The position numbers and the translations under genes are program-made. Below, in pieces: positions 27,959-37,023 of a stretch of DNA of 64,000 nucleotides. Below the pieces are notes generated by a model. That model ran no database searches and was not told where the DNA came from. It saw only the letters and a list, made by a program, of their open reading frames with translations. Source of the DNA: a virus; the IMG/VR virus record IMGVR_UViG_3300033064_006579, positions 32,001-96,000 of that record; one strand, given 5' to 3'. Every line of letters begins with the position of its first letter. Positions within the stretch are counted from its first letter, which is position 1.

Positions 27959-28479
27959 TCGTCCTCCTCCGCCTCCTTCCACCTGGTGAGCATCCCAATG
28001 TCCCTCACGATTTGAGTAAATTGCTCGCCGCTCAATCCGATGCTCTGGAGAATCTCAACCCTCTTGTCATCATTCTCGACGAGATTGCCGCTCTTGTCTT
28101 TTAAGGACACGTTGATTCCGCGAAGGACAATCTTGATACCGATATCCGATTCATATTTAACTCGCTCTTTCAGATACACTTCATCGGCATAGTCCAAAAG
28201 GAACACCCATTGTTTTTTTCTGATACCCATATCCCTCGCAATCTGCTTGTCGTCGGGATTAGCGGGATCGATAAGACACTTCCTCGTCGGTGGCGTAGGA
28301 GCATTTTTTTGCAACTGATCCATCAACTCAGAAATACCGCTCGACCTGATGGGAATCCTAACGGGTTTCTCGATTCCGCCCTTCGTCACCTTCACGACAG
28401 AGTAGCCATCGCTCTGAAAGATCTGCTGCCCCTCCACGATCTCGTCGAGAAGTTCGGCCCCTTCAATATTATTGCTCAT
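27943..28479 (-). CDS. Tail assembly chaperone (gpG-like)
   Basis: Between tail tube and TMP; ends DDFLPI over the slippery site. Confidence 0.75.
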   Translation of the reverse strand: MSNNIEGAELLDEIVEGQQIFQSDGYSVVKVTKGGIEKPVRIPIRSSGISELMDQLQKNAPTPPTRKCLIDPANPDDKQIARDMGIRKKQWVFLLDYADEVYLKERVKYESDIGIKIVLRGINVSLKDKSGNLVENDDKRVEILQSIGLSGEQFTQIVRDIGMLTRWKEAEEDDFLPI

Positions 28480-28500
28480 TACACGCTCTCCTCTCCTATA

Positions 28501-29094
28501 CTAATTTTGAACGGTTGTTCCACTGGTCATCGAAGTGATTCTTGTCACGTCGCCATATACAAGGCCGGCGGCATTAATTGTAACTTCGTCCTCTCCTTCG
28601 TTTACTACCAACTGATCACCAGGGAAGAAAACTTCTCTCCAGCGAAAGCCTATATCAGTACCAGTACCATCCCAAAGCACCTCGACATCCCATGCTTGTT
28701 TAGTCACATCGCTAAACAATGGCGTAGACACCCCGTCGATCATACTCTCACCCTTAGAGCTATACAAGCGGTGCCCATTAATAGTAACCGGCGACGTCCC
28801 GCTCAACATCCTCACGAGATATTGAGTGCTGGTATCATCGATGAGCTTGAAGGTGAACGATAATGGTAATGGCACTAATTTCTCCTCGTCCATCCCTTGT
28901 CGGTACTCCGCATTGCCATCATACACGCCCCTATCCATTACGAGCGTTTCGGAAGGTCTTGCCCTCGAAATTGGAGCGTTGAAGCCAGCGTTGACAAAGA
29001 GTGCTTGTATGTAGAATGGACCGGTAGCTGGATACGGAGCGGCCGATACTCCACTAAATAGACGCAATTCTCCATCTCTATGTTGCAGGATCAT
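28501..29094 (-). CDS. Major tail (tube) protein, paralog 2
   Basis: Position upstream of chaperone; highly similar to 29123-29710. Confidence 0.7.
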   Translation of the reverse strand: MILQHRDGELRLFSGVSAAPYPATGPFYIQALFVNAGFNAPISRARPSETLVMDRGVYDGNAEYRQGMDEEKLVPLPLSFTFKLIDDTSTQYLVRMLSGTSPVTINGHRLYSSKGESMIDGVSTPLFSDVTKQAWDVEVLWDGTGTDIGFRWREVFFPGDQLVVNEGEDEVTINAAGLVYGDVTRITSMTSGTTVQN

Positions 29095-29122
29095 GATTTT
29101 TATTCCTCCTTTCCATCAAATT

Positions 29123-29710
29123 TTAACATTGAACGGTTGTTCCACTGGTCATCGAAATGATTCTTGTCACATCACCATAGACCAAACCACTGGCGGTGAT
29201 GGTAACCTCGTCCTCCCCCTCGTTTACAATTAATTGATCGCCGGGGAAGAAGACTTCTCTCCAGCGGAAGCCCAAGCTTACACCGCCTTCCCAAATCGCT
29301 TCGACATCCCACGCCATCTTCGAAGTGTCGCTGAATAATGGTGTAGACACCCCGTCGATCATGCTCTCGCCTTTCACGCTTCTTAGAACATGACTATTAA
29401 CCGTCAACGGCGATGTCCCACTCAACATCCTTACAAGGTATTGAGTAGTTGTATCGTCAATCAGTTTAAAGGTGAACGATAACGGCAAGGGGGCGAGTTT
29501 CTCTTCATCCATCCCCTGACGATACTCTGCGTCGACCGTATAATTACCCCTATCCATTACGAGTTCTTCCGACGGCCTTGTTCGAGCAATTGGAGCACTG
29601 AACCCTGCGTTTACGAAAAGCACCTCCACATAAAAGGGAAATGTTGCCTTTGCAGCAGTGGTCTGTCCGCTGAGTAGCCTCATCTCTCCGTCCCGGTGTT
29701 GTAGAATCAT
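29123..29710 (-). CDS. Major tail (tube) protein, paralog 1
   Basis: Shares MILQHRDGE, AEYRQGMDEEKL, GFRWREVFFPGDQL with paralog 2. Confidence 0.7.
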   Translation of the reverse strand: MILQHRDGEMRLLSGQTTAAKATFPFYVEVLFVNAGFSAPIARTRPSEELVMDRGNYTVDAEYRQGMDEEKLAPLPLSFTFKLIDDTTTQYLVRMLSGTSPLTVNSHVLRSVKGESMIDGVSTPLFSDTSKMAWDVEAIWEGGVSLGFRWREVFFPGDQLIVNEGEDEVTITASGLVYGDVTRIISMTSGTTVQC

Positions 29711-29713
29711 AAC

Positions 29714-29878
29714 TTACCCCTCCTCCCTTCTGCTAACTACCTCAGCGATATCTTTTTCCTCCACCTCTTCGATTGTGATATCACCATTAGCGATTTCTTT
29801 TGCAAGGTCTTTGCTTCTACGACTCGAAAGACCTTTACCCATAAGGATTTCTTTAATCTTTCCCTCGTCAATTTTCAT
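29714..29878 (-). CDS. Small hypothetical protein (54 aa)
   Basis: Manual: MKIDEGKIKEILMGKGLSS...; RBS GGAGG. Confidence 0.6.
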   Translation of the reverse strand: MKIDEGKIKEILMGKGLSSRRSKDLAKEIANGDITIEEVEEKDIAEVVSRREEG

Positions 29879-29890
29879 TTTGTTTCCTCC

Positions 29891-30370
29891 CTACGTCCAT
29901 TTTTGTATCCACTCGATCCCAACAGTGTAATTGTACTGGCGAAAATCATCATTTGGAATTGGCGAATCTGTTATGATTTCCTTCACCGTTAATTCTTGTA
30001 AAACATTGGTAAAATCCTCGCTCGCAAAATCGTAAAAATCTATCTGTGATCCGAGTTCGAAGTAACCCGCTACGATGTCTCGGATTTGGTAGTGTCTATT
30101 CGATTTCGTCGTGCTCTCCGGCTTTACAAATACGTTGAAATTCACTATCGGTTGTGCGATCTTTTTTCTCGTACTACTGCTCCTGTGAAGATCCTCCCAA
30201 TTACCCGTCCCGATGATCCTCACCTGAACCCACTCGTTGTAATCCGCCTCTTCGAAAGGCACCCCTTCGTAATCAATAGCCAACTGTTCCGTGACGACGA
30301 GATTCGCATTGACGTAATTCTCGAGCGACGCCTTGAAATTCTGGTACTTTCCCTCGGCAGATAAAGCCAC
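29891..30370 (-). CDS. Tail terminator/completion protein
   Basis: Position between neck protein and tail tube; YNEWVQVRI motif. Confidence 0.6.
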   Translation of the reverse strand: MALSAEGKYQNFKASLENYVNANLVVTEQLAIDYEGVPFEEADYNEWVQVRIIGTGNWEDLHRSSSTRKKIAQPIVNFNVFVKPESTTKSNRHYQIRDIVAGYFELGSQIDFYDFASEDFTNVLQELTVKEIITDSPIPNDDFRQYNYTVGIEWIQKWT

Positions 30371-30371
30371 C

Positions 30372-30445
30372 TATATCCCCCTAAAACTAATTCTCGCCGC
30401 TCTAATCGCCACGACAGTAGGTTTTCTTTCTAAAGCAATAGTAAT
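30372..30445 (-). repeat. 74-bp dispersed repeat, copy 1
   Basis: Identical to 44825-44898; inverted diverged copy at 60728-60781. Confidence 0.95.
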
Positions 30446-30456
30446 ATATAGGGTCA

Positions 30457-30960
30457 TTAAAATCTCATTGCTCCCGCGCCTGGCGTAAGATAGAATTTCT
30501 TCCATTCGTCTCTGTATTTCTCAGCCATGTCCTGCGGTAATTTCTTTTTCCCAATCTCTCTCATGGATACGCGCACCATCCCGTACGCCGCTTGTTTGGA
30601 AAATCCGTATTCGAGAAAGACGATATAAGAAACCCCATTGATTATCTCGATATATTTGTTCATGTGCATCGGTCCGGTGTGATCGGTAAGCCTACCCTCG
30701 CTTCTACCCTGCGAAACCTTATCCGTCCTCTCCGTACTGGGGTGCCTCATAGCGACCGCACGGCCATCTCCGAGTTTATCCATTGCGACAAACCAACCAG
30801 CCCTCGCCCTGCCAAGATCTACAGGCATCTTCTTTATGATTCGAGCCACCAGATCGAAGGCGAATTTCTTCAAAACCAAATCCGTAGCGATGGATGAACC
30901 TTTCATAAAATGTCTAATGTGTTTATTAAAATTCTTAGTCTCGACGGTCATCTCGAACAT
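30457..30960 (-). CDS. HK97 gp10-like neck protein
   Basis: MPVDLGRARAGW...YIVFLEYGFSKQA. Confidence 0.85.
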   Translation of the reverse strand: MFEMTVETKNFNKHIRHFMKGSSIATDLVLKKFAFDLVARIIKKMPVDLGRARAGWFVAMDKLGDGRAVAMRHPSTERTDKVSQGRSEGRLTDHTGPMHMNKYIEIINGVSYIVFLEYGFSKQAAYGMVRVSMREIGKKKLPQDMAEKYRDEWKKFYLTPGAGAMRF

Positions 30961-30961
30961 C

Positions 30962-31345
30962 TCAAGCCGCCTCCCCGAAAATAACATACGCAATTCCGAG
31001 CGGGTCCGACTTAATAGCCTTCAAATTATAGGTGTTACCGCTCTCAACGATGAGGTCGGAGGTCGTCAGTGTATTGCTTACAGAGCTCTGCATAAAAACA
31101 AACTTCGCGTCCCCCAATTCGATCCCCTTTTGAATCTCATTCTGCGTCACCACTCCTTTGATTGCCGATACGCCGGACCAGTCAGTGTAAACATCTGAAA
31201 AAACCTGTTTGTCAATGTCGTAGTTGATCGTACTCCCACTCGTGTACTGACGGTATTTCAATATCGTATTGATACTCGTATCGATGACGACATTATTCAC
31301 GTCTGCTTTTATTTGAGCCAAATCCGCTGTCGATAGCAATGGCAA
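30962..31345 (-). CDS. Head closure/stopper protein
   Basis: Size, position and the SDLIVESGNTYNLKAI pattern. Confidence 0.6.
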   Translation of the reverse strand: MPLLSTADLAQIKADVNNVVIDTSINTILKYRQYTSGSTINYDIDKQVFSDVYTDWSGVSAIKGVVTQNEIQKGIELGDAKFVFMQSSVSNTLTTSDLIVESGNTYNLKAIKSDPLGIAYVIFGEAA

Positions 31346-31346
31346 C

Positions 31347-31682
31347 TTAGATTACCGCCTTGTCGACTATGATCGAGATGTCCTTGCTCTTGTCGATGTT
31401 GCTCGTCGACCACTGGATCTTCAGTTCTCCAATGTGGCTCCCAGCCGCTTGAGTCGTTTGAGAGGCTGCGAGGGCGAGCGTAACGATGCCGTATGCCTCA
31501 CTGGTCCGTGAAAAATTCGTATCGCTCGCCATTATGACGCTGTAAACCGTCGTCGCGTGTGACGCCTTGACCTTGAATGTCAGTGTCGAGCCAGCGAGGT
31601 TTGCCGCCGATGTCCCACTCGAATCAGTCACGGTGAACGTAATCGCCTTCGCCTCTCCCTGCTTCCACCTTAGATCCGCCAT
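31347..31682 (-). CDS. BppU-N-like Ig-fold virion protein
   Basis: KQGE...ITFTVTD...NLAGSTLTFKVK...GELKIQW. Confidence 0.6.
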   Translation of the reverse strand: MADLRWKQGEAKAITFTVTDSSGTSAANLAGSTLTFKVKASHATTVYSVIMASDTNFSRTSEAYGIVTLALAASQTTQAAGSHIGELKIQWSTSNIDKSKDISIIVDKAVI

Positions 31683-31683
31683 C

Positions 31684-31890
31684 TTATGATACCCCTACTT
31701 TAAAATCATTTATTTCCAGCCAAATTTTAGTTTTCTGATCGTGTACCCCTACTTTAAAAGAAGGGTTCAAAGAAAGCGCGAGCGACATTTCCCGTCGTAT
31801 AATTTCAATAACGCCTACATGAGAAAATTCCGGATCTGCGCCAAGAGGGATTGAATTCCGTGGATAATCTCCATATATTATCTTTCCCAT
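31684..31890 (-). CDS. Small hypothetical protein
   Basis: Coupled TAATG start. Confidence 0.55.
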   Translation of the reverse strand: MGKIIYGDYPRNSIPLGADPEFSHVGVIEIIRREMSLALSLNPSFKVGVHDQKTKIWLEINDFKVGVS

Positions 31891-33023
31891 TATGCTCCGT
31901 CTAAGACAACTGCAGATCTGTTTCCGCTCGAATCAACCGTTTTTACGATTCTATCCTTTGAATCTGCATTATCTCTGAAAGCGATTGTTGTTGTTCCTCC
32001 ACCAGAAGCTTTTCCTGCTGCATCAGCCAATAAGATTCTGAGAACCTGTTCTAAAGTAAGCGCGCCTTCGACAACTCCGGCCAGAATGTTTGCTACGGAA
32101 ATATCGTTAAGGCCATTGATAGCAGCCGGTGTATCATCCCCCTGAAGTTCATTTGTATCTGCTTCAATGGCAATTAGCCTGTTTTCAAGCGTGGTTCCTG
32201 TGTCTGTTAGAATCTCGTTTATATCCGCTCCATTATCATTCGCCGTCTGTGCCGTTCCGTTTACCTCTTTCACATTTACATGAAATCCGGTGGGATCTGC
32301 TTGCGATTGGGTTTCAAAATCGTCTATGATTTTTGTAACCGCATCAGCTTTTAATGACGCTGCATCAATGACATTAGCCCCGATTGCGGATACAGTAGCG
32401 AAAACCGAAGTGGCAATAATCTCCACACTATCCCCGACAGCCATGGTAAAATTGGTCTGAAGCGGCGCATTATGTAGAGTTACCGTTCTTGTCGCTCCGG
32501 TATAATCTGAAATATGCCCTATCGCCTTTTGGATCTTGGTAACCTGATCTGTGACTATAATCGTACAGCCATTGTAGGCGTCGTTATCGGCGGAAGCTTC
32601 ACCCGTGGTAAGGGTAAAGGAAGTTTGGCTTGCCAGTGACTCGATGCTACTCACACACATCTGTCCGGCTACCCGGCGATTTGCTATACTGAAAGTGCCG
32701 ACGCAAGCATTGACCGTTGCCGCATCAATCGTTGTTCCTTCAACTACTACGGCATAATCATGCCCCGCTTCGTAGAAATCGGCAACCGTGTTATCTGCAG
32801 TGTCGATGGTGAGCTTGTGGACGCCCACAAAAGTATCAACATCGATATCCACCGCAGTACCGGCAGCGTTTTGCCTTTGAGTCAGGCCGTCATCCTTATA
32901 GATGTGGATGTCCGTATCAATAAGATTAGTCATGGTGACAGAGGCACTTGGATCGTCCGAGGTGAACGTATTAAACCAGATAAATACATTCGACCCTACA
33001 GCGAAATCTCCCACGTAATTCAT
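31890..33023 (-). CDS. Virion structural protein (fibre/collar-like)
   Basis: A/T/D-rich; C-terminus EGALTLEQVLRILLA...FRD...DRI...GNR typical of phage fibre-like proteins. Confidence 0.6.
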   Translation of the reverse strand: MNYVGDFAVGSNVFIWFNTFTSDDPSASVTMTNLIDTDIHIYKDDGLTQRQNAAGTAVDIDVDTFVGVHKLTIDTADNTVADFYEAGHDYAVVVEGTTIDAATVNACVGTFSIANRRVAGQMCVSSIESLASQTSFTLTTGEASADNDAYNGCTIIVTDQVTKIQKAIGHISDYTGATRTVTLHNAPLQTNFTMAVGDSVEIIATSVFATVSAIGANVIDAASLKADAVTKIIDDFETQSQADPTGFHVNVKEVNGTAQTANDNGADINEILTDTGTTLENRLIAIEADTNELQGDDTPAAINGLNDISVANILAGVVEGALTLEQVLRILLADAAGKASGGGTTTIAFRDNADSKDRIVKTVDSSGNRSAVVLDGA

Positions 33024-33203
33024 TTATATTGGCCCCCTTAACGGACCGTATAATGATCCGAATATTATTCCTGTCGGAGCAGAAATCGTCTGCTCGTGCA
33101 CCACATAAATTGATCCATCTTCCCACACAGGTGTTACAACTGCCCCTGAAGAGGAGATAAGAACAGGTGCTCCATTTATCCACTTTATGTCTTTAACTGC
33201 CAT
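33024..33203 (-). CDS. Small hypothetical protein (59 aa)
   Basis: Manual: MAVKDIKWINGAPVL...GPLRGPI; coupled on both sides. Confidence 0.6.
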   Translation of the reverse strand: MAVKDIKWINGAPVLISSSGAVVTPVWEDGSIYVVHEQTISAPTGIIFGSLYGPLRGPI

Positions 33204-35125
33204 TACTGTGCCCTCGGTATGGGATCTATCCAGACTTCGTCCCCGGCTTGATACTCGCCGAATTCAAGATCGAAGCTAACCCACCCTTCCGTCGCCTGTG
33301 TGAATGTGACTTCTACATATTGTGTCCAATCCGTATCGTTTGCTCTTACATTGATTGCTGGAGCGTGAGTGGTTTCGGCAGTATTTCCACTGGAGCCCGT
33401 ATCTAAATAAAAAGCACGTAAAGTCAAATTACCCGCTGTTATCCCGGAATAGGTTGTCTGCACATAGAAACGATAGGTGTAGGTGCCTGTAGGAAGCCAT
33501 AATTTTATATCCTCAAAATCAAAGACAAAAACCGGCAAATATTTTGTGCACTTGGATTGCACTGTAGATACCTCAATGATCGGATTATTCCCACCATCAG
33601 AATCTCCATCTGGTCTACCACTCGTATCATCTGCATCGACCTTTATGACTTCGCCCATGACCTGAACACTTTTGTGGGTATCCAAGACTTGATCGAAATG
33701 TGCAAAATACAACCCTCCGCCGCTGCTGTTTGCTGTATTCTGGCCAGTATAACGATATCCAGCGAGAGGGGCTTTACAGTTGATAAAAGCTGATCGACTC
33801 CAGTTATAAGAGTAGGATAGCGTCAAGTCCACGGTTGAAGCAGGTCGTGATCTTCCACCTGGATCGTAGCCAAATTCACAATTAATAAATCTGGTAGACC
33901 CAAGCATTGAACCAAAGAAGAGCGCATATCCCCCGTATATATAGCAATCTCGCATTTCGATGTTAAATGGCGCATTAGTGCCGTATGTTCCAACAGAAAT
34001 ATCACAGTTGATAAGCGTACAATTATGGGCGCGGTTAAGGGTGTAATTACATCCCTGAAATTTTGTTCCCGTGCATGTTACAGATTTCGCCGGCATTAAT
34101 CCAGCGACAGCGTTAGCGCAAATAGAAAACAACCCATCTGTTACTACCGATCCCTGACAATTCGCGTGGAGGCCTGTTGAACAAGACAACATAACTATAT
34201 CTGTAATAGTAGATGCTTTTGACCGAATTCCATTCTGGCAGTTAAAAAAGGAGCAGTTGACGAAATTTGCACCTCCCCCGGTAGTGGAAATAAAGTATGT
34301 GCCTTTAAAATAAACATCATGCAACTCTATATTATCATTTCCGAAAGTATTCCTATTATCCATGTAGGGGATGGTGGTAGTAGCAAACGTGCCTATAGTA
34401 TCGCTTGTGCCGGTACGTAAGAATATAATATTTCTATTAACGTGACCTACATAAGAAAGCCAAGTATCTCCGACACCGGCATCGCAAGTCACATTACTGT
34501 CAATAGTTATCGAAGTACCGCTGAATGACTGAATCGTTCCAACGATAGAATCAAGCAAGTATCCAGCGGTATACTGCTTAATTAAACGAAAACCGATAAT
34601 GTCTCCGACATGCCATTTGGCCGACATATCATCGACGGTCTTAATTACCATATCGCCATTGGTGTTTTCGGCATCATTAGCAAGTGACGTTATGTACTGA
34701 GAACCGTAATAAGCCGGATCTCCATACATATCCACCGATCCGCCTGCGTAAACATATATCCCTCGACTACTGGTTACTGTATCAAATTCCAAGGTGGCGG
34801 TCACAGAGGCGGCAATCGGGGTTACTGAAGATCCAACTTGCAGCAAACCACCACTTCTAATAATAATATAGGCACTCCCTGGAGTGCTTCCCAACACAAC
34901 CCTCGTGTCTATTGTCGTGTCCCAATCGAGCGTTCCATATGTATCAATTGTGAGAAGTTTGTTACTCTCATTAACGTTATATGTTACCGTATGTCCGACA
35001 GAAACGATCGCATCGTCCCCAACAGCTCCAGGCCAATCAGTGCCTTTAACGCCAGGAGATGTATTCCCCCATGTTGCTCCATCATTCCAATTACCTGTTC
35101 CTGTACTTGTAAAAGTAGCAGCCAT
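33203..35125 (-). CDS. G8-domain + right-handed beta-helix protein (spike/depolymerase-like)
   Basis: IIIRSGGLLQVGSSVTPI...GIYVYAGGSVDMYG (G8-like), followed by N/C/G-rich beta-helix repeats. Confidence 0.6.
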   Translation of the reverse strand: MAATFTSTGTGNWNDGATWGNTSPGVKGTDWPGAVGDDAIVSVGHTVTYNVNESNKLLTIDTYGTLDWDTTIDTRVVLGSTPGSAYIIIRSGGLLQVGSSVTPIAASVTATLEFDTVTSSRGIYVYAGGSVDMYGDPAYYGSQYITSLANDAENTNGDMVIKTVDDMSAKWHVGDIIGFRLIKQYTAGYLLDSIVGTIQSFSGTSITIDSNVTCDAGVGDTWLSYVGHVNRNIIFLRTGTSDTIGTFATTTIPYMDNRNTFGNDNIELHDVYFKGTYFISTTGGGANFVNCSFFNCQNGIRSKASTITDIVMLSCSTGLHANCQGSVVTDGLFSICANAVAGLMPAKSVTCTGTKFQGCNYTLNRAHNCTLINCDISVGTYGTNAPFNIEMRDCYIYGGYALFFGSMLGSTRFINCEFGYDPGGRSRPASTVDLTLSYSYNWSRSAFINCKAPLAGYRYTGQNTANSSGGGLYFAHFDQVLDTHKSVQVMGEVIKVDADDTSGRPDGDSDGGNNPIIEVSTVQSKCTKYLPVFVFDFEDIKLWLPTGTYTYRFYVQTTYSGITAGNLTLRAFYLDTGSSGNTAETTHAPAINVRANDTDWTQYVEVTFTQATEGWVSFDLEFGEYQAGDEVWIDPIPRAQ

Positions 35126-35379
35126 TATTCAATCGCTTCCTTTTCGTCGGTATCAGCCTTAATTCGAGCTACAATGGATTCAAATCTTGCAATCATGTCT
35201 TCAATAGCAGGACGTTCTTTGAATCTTGTAACTACATTATGTTCATCGCCCGTTACTGTGTCATAGATCGTTACTTGAATCTCACATCCCCAAGGTCGTT
35301 GTCTATGGTGATGAGCGAGGTATTTATAGCGGGGGTCTTTTTCGTATATAACTTGATGATCGATCGATTGTGATGGCAT
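35125..35379 (-). CDS. Hypothetical protein
   Basis: Likely start MPSQSID at 35379. Confidence 0.6.
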   Translation of the reverse strand: MPSQSIDHQVIYEKDPRYKYLAHHHRQRPWGCEIQVTIYDTVTGDEHNVVTRFKERPAIEDMIARFESIVARIKADTDEKEAIE

Positions 35380-35380
35380 T

Positions 35381-35770
35381 TTAAATATCCCCCACATACT
35401 CGGAATTATCTCGACCGAGAGCGTCAACGTCAATATCGAAAGAATCGATGTACTCGACCACGCCACCAACCCCGGTCGACGCCCTCTGCTCATACTGCTT
35501 CGCGAGCGACAGGTAGAAAGACGCTACCTTCTTCTTGTCTATCTCAAGCGCTCCCGGCAGTCTCAAGAGGTATGCGGTAGGGCCGGCCTTCGCGGCGAGA
35601 GATCTGCAGGCGTCTGCGGCGGCGAGCCAAATGTCGCCGCTATTCTGTTCGAGAAAGGCGTCGATATCTGCGTCGGTAAAATCGTAGTCGGTGCCGAGAG
35701 TGCCATCGGTCGTATCATGACAATATAGACGTACTTTCCCACGATCTCCCGTTACATCATACGTGAACAT
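35381..35770 (-). CDS. Head-tail adaptor protein
   Basis: KVRLYCHD...FTDADIDAFL...IWLAAADACRSLAAK. Confidence 0.75.
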   Translation of the reverse strand: MFTYDVTGDRGKVRLYCHDTTDGTLGTDYDFTDADIDAFLEQNSGDIWLAAADACRSLAAKAGPTAYLLRLPGALEIDKKKVASFYLSLAKQYEQRASTGVGGVVEYIDSFDIDVDALGRDNSEYVGDI

Positions 35771-35772
35771 TT

Positions 35773-36786
35773 TTATCCTCCTATTATAGCTTGTTGATAA
35801 AGCTCTTGCCAGAAATTACGATCGTGATTGGCTCTTGAATTACAACTTGTGCAAAGAGTTATCAAATTATTTGGATGGCAATTCTTTTTATCATAATCAA
35901 TATGGTGAATACACAATCTTTTGCTATTCCCCAAACATTCAGGGTTCTGGCATTTATAACCATCTCTCTCTTTCATGTCTTCTTTGAACTCCTTGTCTGC
36001 CCAAGCGTCACAATACGGCTCGCACGATATTCCACCTTTCCAGGTTGAACTTTTATCGCCAGAAAAAGCCAACGACAATTTTCTTTTAGTTTCTTCTGTA
36101 TGTTGCCTTCCAGTCATTCCATGAGATTTCGCATTTCTACAAGCTGTGGATATTTTTCGCCTTGTTTCGTTTGTATGCCTCTTGCCTTTCATTCCACATG
36201 AAGGGTTTTGTTTCTGTGTTTCTGACATCTTCTTCTTAGTTTTTTCCGAATGCCTCCTGCCTTTCCACGCGCTTGGCCTCCCTTTCAACGACGCACTTAT
36301 TTTTCTTTTAGTTTCTTCAGACAGTGGTATACCTTTCCTCATAGACTTCTGTCCAATGTGTGATTTAGATAGTTTCATTTTATGTTCGTCGGACATTTTC
36401 TTCCCCTCGCACCAAACAGAAATCTCGCCATTCCTATAACGCCTTTTCAGTGTTTCTGATACTTTTCTCGCGTGTTCACCACACATAAATCCTTTAGGTT
36501 TCGGCCTGCCTTTGAGCGCCTTGGAAACTTTTAATTTAAACTCATCAGTGTGTTTTCTCCCTCTACCATTGTGCCCAACAATATATTCGTTGCCTGGCTC
36601 GGCATACTCTTCGCAACCACATCCACATAATATCTTCATCGGAGATTGTGGCCATCTGCCATGAGCACTGAAGTGTTGCTTAACTACATGCTCATAAGAG
36701 GGCTTCTTTCCTTTCCTGTTATGGCCATGAACATACTTTAGCCCAAACTTAACTCTATGTTCGCAACCACAATGACACAAGGCCAT
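35773..36786 (-). mobile_element. Free-standing HNH homing endonuclease with NUMOD3 repeats
   Basis: CHCGC, multiple HSEETKRKIS-type repeats, RDGYKCQ...IHHIDYDKKNCHPNNLITLCTSCN. Confidence 0.9.
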
Positions 36787-37023
36787 TTAATTTTTTCTCC
36801 TTCTTATTTTTTTATCGTCGTCACCAAGCATTTTTTTAATCTCTTTTAGCTCCTTCAATATGAGAATATTCGACAACGATGAGGCCAAAAGCCAGGCTTC
36901 GTAACGAGATGTTGGAACGCAAAATTCCTTTCCAACAAAATACCTCTCGTGCCGATTCATAAGTCCCACAAGAGCATCCTCGAATTTATCACCACTCCCC
37001 TCCTGCTCTCCCATCTCGCTCAT
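36787..37023 (-). CDS. Hypothetical protein
   Basis: RBS GAGG; coupled ATGA. Confidence 0.6.
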   Translation of the reverse strand: MSEMGEQEGSGDKFEDALVGLMNRHERYFVGKEFCVPTSRYEAWLLASSLSNILILKELKEIKKMLGDDDKKIRRRKN

